Shown: positions 1 to 9,092, numbered from the stretch's first letter. The stretch: DNA of 14,472 nucleotides from an uncultured Myxococcales bacterium (GCA_964013405.1 CAXGWI010000091.1:1-14472), one strand, 5' to 3'. Numbers and translations are program-made. Notes: generated by a model from the sequence alone, not told the origin.

Positions 1-199
1 CCGGTCGTCCCAGGTCGAGCACCTCCGCATCCGGGGGCAACTTCCCCGCCTTCACGGCAAGCAAGAACTTGGCTGGCGGGGCATCGAAGCCCCGGCCATC
101 GGGGAGACGAACGCTAACTTCGCCGGGGCCCCCAGCGGTCCAATACGGCATGGTCGATGGAGCTAAAATGTCCGACCGGTCTTGGTTTTCTTCGCTCAT
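1..199 (-). CDS. 5' part of a hypothetical protein running off the left edge (possibly GYF_2/DUF4339-like N-terminus)
   Basis: Not in the ORF track because it is truncated. Read manually from ATG at 199-197, open to the edge: MSEENQDRSDILAPSTMPYWTAGGPGEVSVRLPDGRGFDAPPAKFLLAVKAGKLPPDAEVLDLGRP. 'AVKAGKLPPDAEV' loosely resembles the GYF_2 pattern (weak). Confidence 0.55.
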   Translation of the reverse strand, partial: MSEENQDRSDILAPSTMPYWTAGGPGEVSVRLPDGRGFDAPPAKFLLAVKAGKLPPDAEVLDLGRP

Positions 200-360
200 A
201 GATAGGCCTCAGGCGGCGATGAGAGACCCCCACCTATCATCGATCGGTTCGCCGCGACAATATGGCTCGAATAGGGCTGAGCAGGGGCCATCGCGGGGCA
301 CGAGTGATTGATGGCGCTTCGTGGGGGCTCGGAGGGGGCAGTTTCGCCACCACTGGCTCA

Positions 361-527
361 AAAAAACGTTCATAACGTTCAGGCGCACAGGCAGCCGCTT
401 CTGATTTAACTAACTGTATTCCCTTGTATTCAGTCTTTGACTCTAAGTCACCATGGACGTTTTTGGCGATTTCTGCCTTGCGCTCCCCTCGATTTTCGAC
501 CAAAACGTAAGCACTAGGAATGTAACG
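361..527 (+). promoter_or_regulatory. AT-rich putative promoter/operator region of the photolyase operon
   Basis: Direct repeat AACGTTCA (365-372, 374-381), direct repeat TGTATTC (415-421, 425-431), inverted repeat TGACT-cta-AGTCA (438-450) overlapping a -35-like TTGACT (437-442), and RBS-like AGGAA (516-520). No convincing -10 was found. Confidence 0.4.
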
Positions 528-2147
528 ATGAACCTTTTCCTCGATAAGCTCTATCAGCTCCAGCCGACCGTCACCGCCAAGCGCTGGGTTTTTGTGCCCT
601 ATGACCAACTTACCGATGGCTTTGACTCGCTCCTTGACCCCTCCATCCCCGAGCTCGGAATCATCCTCGTCGAAGCCACCGAACGCCCCCATTTCAAGCG
701 CTATCACAAACAGAAACTGGCCCTCATTCTGGCGAACCAACGCCATTTTGCCCTGGAGCAAGTCGGCAAGGGCCGATCCGTCCTTTATGTGACGGCTCCC
801 ACTTACCGTAAAGCCCTCGAGCGAGTCATCGAGAACGTGGGTCAAGTGGAGATGATGGAGCCGGCCGAGCGTGCTTTGCGCAAAGAGTTGGAACCCCTGA
901 TCCTCACCGGTCGGTTGATCGAACATCCGAACCGCTTATGGCTCACCAAGCCCTGGGATTTTCTCGATGCCGCGGATGGACGCCCTTGGCGCATGGACCG
1001 CTTTTATCGTTTGGTCCGCAGTCGATATAACTACCTGATGGATGCAGACGGTCGACCGGCCGGCGGACAGTGGAGCTTCGATTCAGAGAATCGAAAGCCC
1101 TGGAATGAGGCACCAAGGGCGCCAGCCTCCTTGGTGTTTGAGCCCGATGAGATCACCGAAGAGGTGGTTCATTTCGTCGCCACCAAGTTTGATCATCATC
1201 CCGGGCAGATTGACACCAGCCGACTCCCCGCGACGGCAGCGGACGCCGCTGCCATTTGGCGCCGAGCCCAAAAGGACTGCCTGGAGCATTTCGGGCCCTA
1301 TGAAGACGCGATGTCGACCCGATCTCCGACCTTGTTCCATACCTTGATCTCCAGCGTCATGAATTTGGGCAGATTAAGCCCCCAGCGCGTCCTTGAGGAT
1401 GTTCTTGAGATGTCGATTCCGTTGAACAGCAAAGAGGGATTCCTCCGCCAGGTTCTCGGCTGGCGGGAGTTTGTTCGGCATGTTCACTATCAAAGTGACG
1501 GCTTTCGGCGCTTGCCAACCTACGCCAGCCCCGTTCCCCGGGACGCCGGCGGTGCAGTCAATGCACTGGCTGCCCATGAACCTTTGCCACCGGTGTTTTG
1601 GGGTGGCGCTCCTTCCGGTCTAAATTGCTTAGACCGGGTGGTCGAAGAGGTGGTTGGGACGGGTTACACTCACCACATCAATCGCCTGATGGTCTTAGCC
1701 AACTGGGCCACGCTCCTCGGCGTGACGCCAAGGGAGCTCACCGACTGGTTTTGGTGCATGTTCATCGATGCTTATGATTGGGTCGTTGAGCCCAATGTCT
1801 TGGGGATGGGTACGTTCGCTACAGGGCCTTTAATGAGCACCAAGCCCTACATCTCTGGCAGCGCCTACATCAAAAGAATGAGTGACTATTGCGGGGATTG
1901 TCGCTTCACACCTGGCGAAGACTGCCCCATGACCTCTCTTTATTGGAGCTTTCTGGATCGAAACGCCGACCCGCTGCAATCATCCCATCGCATGCTCATG
2001 CCCCTGGCTTCGGCGAGAGGTCGCAGTGTGGCTCAAAAGGAGCGTGACCAGCGCACGCTCAATCATGTGCGCGAGCGGCTTCGGGCTGGGCTCCCAGTGA
2101 CCCCCACCCCGATCGTCGAGGAGGATCGGCAACATGCCTTCGCCTAA
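528..2147 (+). CDS. phrB: Cryptochrome/photolyase family protein, FeS-BCP class (prokaryotic (6-4) photolyase, PhrB/CryB-like)
   Basis: N-terminal YDQL and YHKQKL; 'GGQWSFDSENRK'; 'HFGPYEDAM'; 'EGFLRQVLGWREF'; catalytic 'HHINRLM'; 'DAYDWV'; 'TKPY'; four [4Fe-4S] cysteines (LNC...YCGDC...DCP). ATG 528 is preferred over 453 because of AGGAA 7 nt upstream. Confidence 0.93.
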   Translation: MNLFLDKLYQLQPTVTAKRWVFVPYDQLTDGFDSLLDPSIPELGIILVEATERPHFKRYHKQKLALILANQRHFALEQVGKGRSVLYVTAPTYRKALERVIENVGQVEMMEPAERALRKELEPLILTGRLIEHPNRLWLTKPWDFLDAADGRPWRMDRFYRLVRSRYNYLMDADGRPAGGQWSFDSENRKPWNEAPRAPASLVFEPDEITEEVVHFVATKFDHHPGQIDTSRLPATAADAAAIWRRAQKDCLEHFGPYEDAMSTRSPTLFHTLISSVMNLGRLSPQRVLEDVLEMSIPLNSKEGFLRQVLGWREFVRHVHYQSDGFRRLPTYASPVPRDAGGAVNALAAHEPLPPVFWGGAPSGLNCLDRVVEEVVGTGYTHHINRLMVLANWATLLGVTPRELTDWFWCMFIDAYDWVVEPNVLGMGTFATGPLMSTKPYISGSAYIKRMSDYCGDCRFTPGEDCPMTSLYWSFLDRNADPLQSSHRMLMPLASARGRSVAQKERDQRTLNHVRERLRAGLPVTPTPIVEEDRQHAFA

Positions 2148-3642
2148 ACCTCCACGCAGGATCGCAGTGGCTGGTGGCACAGGATTCATCGGCAAGGGGC
2201 TTCCTCAGGTTCTGGGCGCCTCCAATCACTTGATCTGCTTATCGAGGACTGCACCGAAGCCGCCAGACGGCTACGATGAACTGCGGCAGGCTGATCTTTT
2301 CTCACTCCAAGACACCCGAAAAGCGCTCAAGGGCGTGGACGTGGCGGTCTACCTGGTTCACAGCATGATGCCGGCTGCGCGCTTGATCCAAGGATGCTTT
2401 CAGGATCTCGACCTCTTGTGCGCCGACAACTTCGCTCGAGCGGCAGCGGAAGCCCGGGTGAAGCACATCGTCTACGTCGGCGGTCTGATCCCCGCATTAC
2501 CACCGGAAGGGCTGTCTGAGCATCTGGCAAGCCGGCTCGAAGTGGAGCGTATTTTGGGGAGTCATGGTGTCCCGTGCACCACCTTGCGGGCTGGCATGGT
2601 GATCGGGGCCGAGGGCTCATCTTACCAGTTGATGGCCCGTTTGATTCGACGCTTGCCGATCATGATCTGCCCGCGCTGGACCCAGTCTCAGATGCAACCT
2701 GTGGGTTTAACTGACTTGCGAGAGGCCATCGGCTTGGCAGCCTCCCGATCCGTGACTGCCTCCCAGAGTTATGACGTGAGTTCCGGTGAAGCCCTTAGTT
2801 ATGTGGAGTTAATGGGCCGAGCGGCAACTGCACTCGGGCTCAAGCGCTCTTTCCTACCGGTGCCGTTTCTTTCACCGAAACTCTCTCGGCTCTGGGTCTC
2901 CATGACCACAGGCGCGCCGAAGGCATTGGTGGCGCCCTTGGTCGAAAGTCTGAAGGGGAATATGCTGGCTCGTCCAGGGGCACGCTGGCGTCTCCCGGGC
3001 TTCAAGCCAAGTCCAGTGGACCACCATCTAGAAGAGGCGGCCCGTCTCGACGTAGGCCATCAGCCCCGAGCCTTCCGCTCCGCACACAGTCGCGGTCAAG
3101 CGACGGAGGCGATCGTTCATTCAGTTCAGCGATTCCAGATGCCACAGGCGGGCTCAGCTCGTTGGGCGGCTCGGTGCTACACTGCCTGGCTCTCGACCGC
3201 CTTCTTTGGGATGATCCGTATCGAACATCAGCCGAACCGAGATCGAGTTCATTTTCGACTCATCGGCCTGAAGAAGCCACTGCTCACGCTAGAGACAGAC
3301 ACAGGGGTGAGTGAGCGGGACCGCCACGTGTTTAGAATCCAGGGAGGGCTTCTGGCAGCCCGGTCAGGTCGAGGCTATTTGGAATTTCGCACCACCCTAG
3401 ATCAACAACTGATGGTGGCGATCCAAGACTACAAGCCCAGTCTACCTTGGTGGCTCTACCGCCTCACTCAGGCCCAGTTTCACCTGTGGGTCATGCGCTC
3501 CTTTCGTCGCCACTTGGAAGCACAAGAGCCTGGAGCACTGGTCGAGGACACCGCCACGAACCCCAGCCTAGAGGTCACGCTGCCCGCCGGGACTGCCTCG
3601 AAGGCCAAGAGTCCCGTCGAAGTGAGCCCAACTAGGGTCTAG
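2134..3642 (+). CDS. NAD(P)-binding atypical SDR/epimerase (YbjT-like) with C-terminal DUF2867-like domain
   Basis: Rossmann motif '[11 protein letters not shown]', 'AVYLVHSM', '[12 protein letters not shown]', 'LRAGMVIG', '[10 protein letters not shown]'. It overlaps the photolyase gene by 14 nt, suggesting an operon. Confidence 0.88.
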   Translation: MPSPKPPRRIAVAGGTGFIGKGLPQVLGASNHLICLSRTAPKPPDGYDELRQADLFSLQDTRKALKGVDVAVYLVHSMMPAARLIQGCFQDLDLLCADNFARAAAEARVKHIVYVGGLIPALPPEGLSEHLASRLEVERILGSHGVPCTTLRAGMVIGAEGSSYQLMARLIRRLPIMICPRWTQSQMQPVGLTDLREAIGLAASRSVTASQSYDVSSGEALSYVELMGRAATALGLKRSFLPVPFLSPKLSRLWVSMTTGAPKALVAPLVESLKGNMLARPGARWRLPGFKPSPVDHHLEEAARLDVGHQPRAFRSAHSRGQATEAIVHSVQRFQMPQAGSARWAARCYTAWLSTAFFGMIRIEHQPNRDRVHFRLIGLKKPLLTLETDTGVSERDRHVFRIQGGLLAARSGRGYLEFRTTLDQQLMVAIQDYKPSLPWWLYRLTQAQFHLWVMRSFRRHLEAQEPGALVEDTATNPSLEVTLPAGTASKAKSPVEVSPTRV

Positions 3643-5809
3643 GGGCCTCAAACTCCCCATGGACGCAGATGACCCCCGGCAGGGCGTGACTCATGTTGTT
3701 GGCAGCGTGGGTTTGATTGTTGCACGAGTGACCCCCCTGGAAGAGGTCACCCCAGCTGCCGCCCGTATCGCCAACGTCGTAGTTGTCGGAAACGTAGATG
3801 TCCCCGTGCGCTTCCGGCTCGCAGCCGCCCCGGCGCTTCTGCCCGGTGCGGAGATAGCTGGTGTTGTTGCCTTGGGTCGGGAGGCTTCGGTACCAATTAA
3901 AGAGGGCATCGTTCTCCGCGTCGGTGGGCTTGCGGAGGCCGTTGGCGTTCACCAGATCGAAGGTGGCTGGTGTCGAGCCATTGGCGCACATGGCGTTGTT
4001 TAACTCGTACGATGTGATGTTTTGGGTATGCACACAGGCCCAGAGCCCTGGGGTGATCTCCCGGGCAAAGCTGGCCTGATCGGAACAGCCTGCACAGTCC
4101 TCGAAGAGATCGGCATTGTCGGGCGCACAGTCCCCGTCATTGTCGCGACCATCGCCATCCCGGTCGCCATCGCAGACATCGCCTAAAGCATCGTTGTCGA
4201 GGTTTTCCTGCCCCTGGTTTGCCACCTCGGGACAGTTATCGTCGGCATCGGCGATTAGGTCCCGGTCGCTATCCAGGCGGCAATCGGCCATGCAGCCATC
4301 GGCGTTGTCCACATTCCCGTCATCGCAAGCCTCCTCACCAACCAGAACAATACCATCGCCACAGCTCGCCTCGGCACAAATGCCTAAGCAAGCGTCATCG
4401 TCGAGATCGTTCCCATCGTCGCAGGCTTCGAAGCCCTGATCATCGGGCCCCAGATCCAAGCGTACAATGCCATCGCCACAGGTCGCGGCGGTGCAGTTGT
4501 TGAGACAAGCATCTTCGTCGATGACATTGCCGTCATCGCAGATCTCATCCAACTCCAGTCGGCCATTGCCGCAAACGGCCTCTCGGCAGCCATTGTCGCA
4601 GCCGTCGTTCTCGACGTCGTTGCCATCGTCGCATTCCTCTTCGCCGACACGGACCACCCCGTCGCCACAGCGGGCCTGCTGGCAGTCATTGAGGCAGGCA
4701 TCGGTGTTGACACCATTGCCGTCATCGCAGGCTTCAAAGCCCGCCTGGTTCGCTTCGAGGTCGTTCCGTAAAATCCCATCACCGCATTCGGCGATGATAC
4801 AGTTGCCCCGGCAAGCATCACGATCATCTCCGTTGCCGTCATCGCAGGCTTCATTCGGATCGAGGCGCCCGTTGCCGCAATACTCCCGCAGACAACTTGG
4901 ATTGCAGCCGTCGGCGGCTTCCCCATTACCATCATCACATTCTTCATAACCGGCGGCTTCGGGGGCGAGATCATTGCGTAAGATCCCATCACCGCAAGAG
5001 GCCAACTCACAAACCCCCGTACAGGCATCTCGATTGTCGTTGTTGCCATCATCGCAGACTTCGAAGCCGTCCCGAACGAATCCGTCGCCGCAGACCGCCA
5101 CCGCGCAGGAGGAGAGGCAAAAGTCCGTCTCCACGGCGTTGCCATCGTCGCATTGCTCGCCCTCTTGGATCACCCCATCACCACAGGAAGCGGGCTGGCA
5201 CCGGTGACAGGCATCGGTGGGGTCCTCGTTCCCATCGTCGCAGCCCTCGCCCGGGCCCACCACACCATCGCCACAGCGGGCTTCGCTGCAATCGCTCAAG
5301 CAGTTATCATCGTCTGCTTCGTTGCCATCATCGCAGGCCTCAAAACCCAGCAACCCTTCACTGAGATCGTGACGCTGAATGCCATCGCCACAGCGGGCGG
5401 CGACACAGTTGGATAAGCAGCCATCATCATCGGCTGTGTTGCCATCATCGCAGGCTTCGAAGCCCGCAGCGCCCTCGGCCACGTCGCTGCGCAGCATCCC
5501 ATCGCCGCAGCTGGCGATCAGGCAGAGGTTTAAGCAACCATCGGTGTCCACACTGTTGCCATCATCACAGGCTTCATAGCCCGCCTCTTCGGGCCCCAGA
5601 TCACTTCGAGTGACCCCATCGCCGCAGGCAGCCAACTGACAACTGTTGGTGCAGCCATCGGTCATCACCTCATTGCCATCATCACAGCTTTCGCCGGTTT
5701 CAATCTCCCCATTCCCGCAACTGGCTTCGGTTTCTCGCACCACGACTTGGTCACCGCAGGCGCTGAGGATGGTCAGAAAAGCAGCGAGAGATAACAGGCT
5801 TCGATTCAT
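3632..5809 (-). CDS. Lipoprotein with 14 myxobacterial Cys-rich (DUF4215/TIGR02232-type) repeats, thrombospondin type-3 repeats and a C-terminal domain of unknown function
   Basis: Signal peptide [14 protein letters not shown] with lipobox LSA-C; GGAG upstream of ATG 5809; 14 CG[DN]G...CDDGN units; TSP3-like '[35 protein letters not shown]' (4121-4273). Confidence 0.88.
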   Translation of the reverse strand: MNRSLLSLAAFLTILSACGDQVVVRETEASCGNGEIETGESCDDGNEVMTDGCTNSCQLAACGDGVTRSDLGPEEAGYEACDDGNSVDTDGCLNLCLIASCGDGMLRSDVAEGAAGFEACDDGNTADDDGCLSNCVAARCGDGIQRHDLSEGLLGFEACDDGNEADDDNCLSDCSEARCGDGVVGPGEGCDDGNEDPTDACHRCQPASCGDGVIQEGEQCDDGNAVETDFCLSSCAVAVCGDGFVRDGFEVCDDGNNDNRDACTGVCELASCGDGILRNDLAPEAAGYEECDDGNGEAADGCNPSCLREYCGNGRLDPNEACDDGNGDDRDACRGNCIIAECGDGILRNDLEANQAGFEACDDGNGVNTDACLNDCQQARCGDGVVRVGEEECDDGNDVENDGCDNGCREAVCGNGRLELDEICDDGNVIDEDACLNNCTAATCGDGIVRLDLGPDDQGFEACDDGNDLDDDACLGICAEASCGDGIVLVGEEACDDGNVDNADGCMADCRLDSDRDLIADADDNCPEVANQGQENLDNDALGDVCDGDRDGDGRDNDGDCAPDNADLFEDCAGCSDQASFAREITPGLWACVHTQNITSYELNNAMCANGSTPATFDLVNANGLRKPTDAENDALFNWYRSLPTQGNNTSYLRTGQKRRGGCEPEAHGDIYVSDNYDVGDTGGSWGDLFQGGHSCNNQTHAANNMSHALPGVICVHGEFEAPRP
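4274..5720 (-). repeat. Array of 14 Cys/Asp-rich protein repeats (8 short, 6 long)
   Basis: Counted in the translation; order from the N-terminus is S L L L S S S L S L S S L S. Confidence 0.85.
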
Positions 5810-5899
5810 GCTTGGCACTCCAGATCACCGAGCCCCAAACTGGCCTAAGGCGCTGTGCGGGGCAAGGGGCCCTCGCTCTAAGAGCCGGATCCTTGGCCT

Positions 5900-6916
5900 T
5901 CACCCCATCGGGCGACCTTGAGGTCGACGGCGACACAGGCAGAGCAGAGCCAGGAACAGCCCGGTCCAAAGATCTATCGCACCCGCTTGACAGCTGGCAA
6001 AGACGCCCCCGGCCCTTGGCTGACCCCCTTGCGGCCCATCCACCCGCTCCACCCGAATGCCCGATTCATCCCCCTCGGCCATGGGCTCGGCAGCGGCGAC
6101 GGCCTGATAAGTGAAAGCGCCATCAATCCGCGCCCCATTTGAGCCGTTTTTGACCGCAATAAAGACGGCACCCGGCTCACCTGGCGGGGTTCGAAAGGTG
6201 AGCGTTCCTTCATTTGGACGCACGACATCGAGACCGGGTTTACCCCCCACGATGACCACCGTCTCTGGGCTAAAGCCAGTCCCAACGAGCCGGACGTGCG
6301 TCCCCCCGCCGACTGGACCAGACACAGGAGAAATCTGATGAATATTGAGTGGTGCATTCGCTGCGCCTTTCCTCGAACCTCCGGTCATTTCGCCTTGTGG
6401 ATTGCCCCAGATTGAAGGGGTCGGCGAGTCGCCGAAGAGCCTAGATTCCTTCCCCATCACTCGAAGGGCCCGCTCGTAATCCCCCTGTTTACCCCTCGGT
6501 AGTCTGAAGTCCGATGAGATGCGCGCAAAACCTTTGGCAGCACCGCTGAGCCATGGGTCCACAAACTGCTTCTGGATCCCCTTCCTGTAATACTTCTCTT
6601 GATCCAGCGTGAGTCCCCTGGGAACCGGCGACCGAGTCATACGGTCGGCCAAATCCACAGCCATGTACGACAACTGCCACAGGTACCAATCGGCCGTGGG
6701 GCGGTTGACCCCCTGGGCCACGAGGCGCTTTATCTCTGCCTCTGCCCCTTTGACCGCTTCCATTTTGGCGACGAGTTGCCTCTTGAGGGATTCGCCCCGG
6801 CGAGCGTTGATCTGCAGGGACAGGGCTGCGCGCACACTGGGTAGGTACTCGATCGAGTCCGAGGGCTGCGCGCCATAGGCGATCTGACCCAAAATGAGGA
6901 CGACGCTCAGTAGCAT
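5900..6916 (-). CDS. Exported protein with helical N-terminal domain, IPT/TIG domain and MYXO-CTERM-like C-terminal sorting tail
   Basis: Start re-set to ATG 6916 (signal-peptide-like MLLSVVLILGQIAYGA, purine-rich upstream); the ORF track's 7330 start overlaps the opposite-strand gene. IPT/TIG 'IHQISPVSGPVGGGTHVRLVGTGF...VIVGG...LTFRTPPG...FTY' (6107-6355). Tail 'GGVFASCQAGAIDLWTGLFLALLCLCRRR'. Confidence 0.82.
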   Translation of the reverse strand: MLLSVVLILGQIAYGAQPSDSIEYLPSVRAALSLQINARRGESLKRQLVAKMEAVKGAEAEIKRLVAQGVNRPTADWYLWQLSYMAVDLADRMTRSPVPRGLTLDQEKYYRKGIQKQFVDPWLSGAAKGFARISSDFRLPRGKQGDYERALRVMGKESRLFGDSPTPSIWGNPQGEMTGGSRKGAANAPLNIHQISPVSGPVGGGTHVRLVGTGFSPETVVIVGGKPGLDVVRPNEGTLTFRTPPGEPGAVFIAVKNGSNGARIDGAFTYQAVAAAEPMAEGDESGIRVERVDGPQGGQPRAGGVFASCQAGAIDLWTGLFLALLCLCRRRPQGRPMG

Positions 6917-7076
6917 CCCTTCACCCCAACCATCAGCGCCCAACTCTTGGCAAACTTCTGGGCTAAAGAACAAGGCTTGCCGTTGGCTCAACGCTACTGG
7001 CTTAAGGCCTGCAGCCATCCCTTGCCCCATCGGCCTTCCTGGGGCCAGTGTCGATGGGGGAAGTAAGGAGGTGACT

Positions 7077-8000
7077 TTGCAGACTGTCCATCCTCTGGTG
7101 ATCGCCTGCTGCTTAAGCGCGTGTGTAGCGCCACCCGGGTCCCCGAGTGGAGATGGGGGCTTACCTTCATCCCCGAGCTGCGGCGATGGCCTGGTCGAGG
7201 GGGAAGAAGCCTGTGATGATGGCAACTGGGATGAGACAGACGACTGTTTGTCCAACTGTGAAATCGCCCGCTGCGGTGATGGGGTGATCGGCCAAGAGGA
7301 ACGCTGCGAGCCGGAAGCAGACAGTGCCAATCCCCACTGTGATGCGGATTGCCAACTGGCGGACTGTGGGACGGTTTTTGACTATCAGGCCCTCTGGGTC
7401 CGGGGCTTTCGAGTCTGTCGAGCCGAAGCGCTCCATGAGGCCGATGGGGATTTGAGTGAGCGGGCGGTGGCAGCCCTGGAAGAGGATCTCGACATCATCG
7501 CCGCAGCCTTGCCCGTTGCCGCTATGAACTATTTAAAGCGAGTCACCATCTGGCTAGAGTACGAACAGGACTTTCCGGGGGGTGTTTATCATCCTTCTCC
7601 CGTCTGGCTGCGCAACAATGGCTATCCCGAAGCCTGGGCTGAAGGCGTCCAGTTAGGCAACGCTGCTAACTACATGTCGTGGGTGAGCCAACAGCCGGCC
7701 ATCGTCCTGCACGAGCTGGCCCACGCTTGGCATCACCAATTCCTGGGCTACGACCATGAGGGGATCCAACGAGCCTTTGATGAAGCCATGACGGCGGGGA
7801 TCTACGAAGAAGTGGCCCACGTCGCCGGCGGGAGCCAACAAGCCTATGCCACCTCCAACCGCATGGAGTACTTTGCCGAACTCACGGAAGCCTGGTTTTG
7901 GGTGAACGACTTTTATCCCTTCAACCGGGATGAGCTTCAAGCCCATGACCCAGCGGGGGCGCAGATGATCCAGCAGGCTTGGGGGCTGCGCTCCGAATAG
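7077..8000 (+). CDS. Lipoprotein with 2 Cys-rich repeats and a zinc metallopeptidase domain (HExxH...E; MtfA/anthrax lethal factor-like zincin)
   Basis: Strong SD AAGGAGGT (7065-7072) before TTG 7077; lipobox LSA-C; HELAH (7710-7724); third-ligand motif 'YATSNRMEYFAE' (EYFAE 7866-7880); C-terminal 'L..HDP.G..MI...W'. Confidence 0.87.
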   Translation: MQTVHPLVIACCLSACVAPPGSPSGDGGLPSSPSCGDGLVEGEEACDDGNWDETDDCLSNCEIARCGDGVIGQEERCEPEADSANPHCDADCQLADCGTVFDYQALWVRGFRVCRAEALHEADGDLSERAVAALEEDLDIIAAALPVAAMNYLKRVTIWLEYEQDFPGGVYHPSPVWLRNNGYPEAWAEGVQLGNAANYMSWVSQQPAIVLHELAHAWHHQFLGYDHEGIQRAFDEAMTAGIYEEVAHVAGGSQQAYATSNRMEYFAELTEAWFWVNDFYPFNRDELQAHDPAGAQMIQQAWGLRSE

Positions 8001-8081
8001 GGAGATGTCCGGTGGCATGACGCAACCCCTTGAACGAAAAGAGACGGGCCGATTATTGACATACACACTAGGAGGCTACCG

Positions 8082-9092
8082 ATGAGAACAATCTCGTGGT
8101 TGCTCGCTTTCGTCCTGATCTTCGATGCCCCTACTGCGCCCGCTCAGTCCGATGGCGACCGAATCAAAGAGACAGCCCCGACCCACTATGCCAGTCGCCG
8201 CAAAAGCAAACGAAAGCGGCGCACAAAGCGGCCCAGAAAACCAGCGACAAAACCTGCACAATCCCCTGTTCAAAAGCCGACCACGCCACCAGCCACGCCA
8301 GCCAAACCTGCGCCCGCACCGGTTCAGGAAGAAGTTGTGGTGCTGCAGCCCGAGGAGCCGACCAAACCCAGCATCGCCGTCATGGAGATTACCGCCTCAG
8401 AAGCCCTCGATGCTGCCGTGGTCAAATTGCTCAACGAGCGCGTTCTCGCCCGGATCAACACCAACAACCGCTTCGACAATGTCATCGGGAGTTCAGACAT
8501 TCAGGCGATGCTCGATCTGGAACAGACCCGAAATGCCCTCGGCTGCGACGACGAAAGTTGTCTCACTGAACTGGGCGGCGCTCTGGGTGTCCCCTACCTC
8601 ATGGTGGCAAACATCGGCTCCTTCGCAGGGCAATTCATCGTCAACATGAAGGTCCTCAAAGTGGAAGATGGCACCGTCGGCTCCCGGGTCAGTTACTGCA
8701 TGCCCAACGCGCTGACGATCATGACGGGTCTCGCCTTGCCCGTGGACCAAGCCATCGAACTGGCCCTCGATCCCAAGGCGGTCCTCGCGAACAACGGCTC
8801 CAACACGTCGGTGAACAAATGCACCGTACCGCTGACCCAAAAGAAAACCTTCTGGGCGGGCACGGGCATGACCACGGCATCGCTGCTCGGCTTTGCATTT
8901 TTCAATGTGTCCAACTCCGAGTTGCAGAATCTCAAAGGCCAGTACGACCTCGCGCGGGGACAAGACGCCATCGACCGCTGGACCGATTTGGAGGCTGCCA
9001 GCCAACAAGCGTTGATCGCTCGCACCGCCGCGCCCATCGGTGTCGCAGCTGGTGCCGCCTTGCTCGTCTACGCCGTCGTTGCGGAGGACTAA
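8082..9092 (+). CDS. Exported/membrane-anchored protein: basic tract, Pro-rich linker, TolB-N/CsgG-like alpha/beta domain, two C-terminal hydrophobic segments
   Basis: AGGAGG at 8070-8075; signal-peptide-like N-terminus; 'SIAVMEI...DIQAMLDLEQTRNALGCDDESCLTELGGALGVPYLMVANIG', a pattern I recognise from myxobacterial PEGA-associated proteins; hydrophobic 'FWAGTGMTTASLLGFAFF' and 'APIGVAAGAALLVYAVVA'. Confidence 0.8.
   Translation: MRTISWLLAFVLIFDAPTAPAQSDGDRIKETAPTHYASRRKSKRKRRTKRPRKPATKPAQSPVQKPTTPPATPAKPAPAPVQEEVVVLQPEEPTKPSIAVMEITASEALDAAVVKLLNERVLARINTNNRFDNVIGSSDIQAMLDLEQTRNALGCDDESCLTELGGALGVPYLMVANIGSFAGQFIVNMKVLKVEDGTVGSRVSYCMPNALTIMTGLALPVDQAIELALDPKAVLANNGSNTSVNKCTVPLTQKKTFWAGTGMTTASLLGFAFFNVSNSELQNLKGQYDLARGQDAIDRWTDLEAASQQALIARTAAPIGVAAGAALLVYAVVAED

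Noticed and set aside
368..433. Canonical LexA boxes upstream of the photolyase
   Set aside because: GTTC-N5-GTTC is not the N7 alphaproteobacterial spacing, and CTG-N14-CAG is not the N10 E. coli spacing.
237..926. 229-aa minus-strand ORF and the 69-311 plus-strand ORF
   Set aside because: Largely antisense to better-supported genes, with no recognisable protein features.
3632..3800. Possible diversity-generating retroelement target (CLec-like head, several Asn codons near the C-terminus)
   Set aside because: No template repeat and no reverse transcriptase gene is visible in the window.
6894..7330. Apparent head-to-head overlap of the ORFs 5900-7330(-) and 6894-8000(+)
   Set aside because: Signal peptides and RBSs place the real starts at 6916 and 7077, leaving a 160-bp divergent intergenic region.
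8056..8061. Perfect TTGACA -35 hexamer
   Set aside because: Only 20 nt before the ATG; a properly spaced -10 would fall on the start codon and does not match the consensus.
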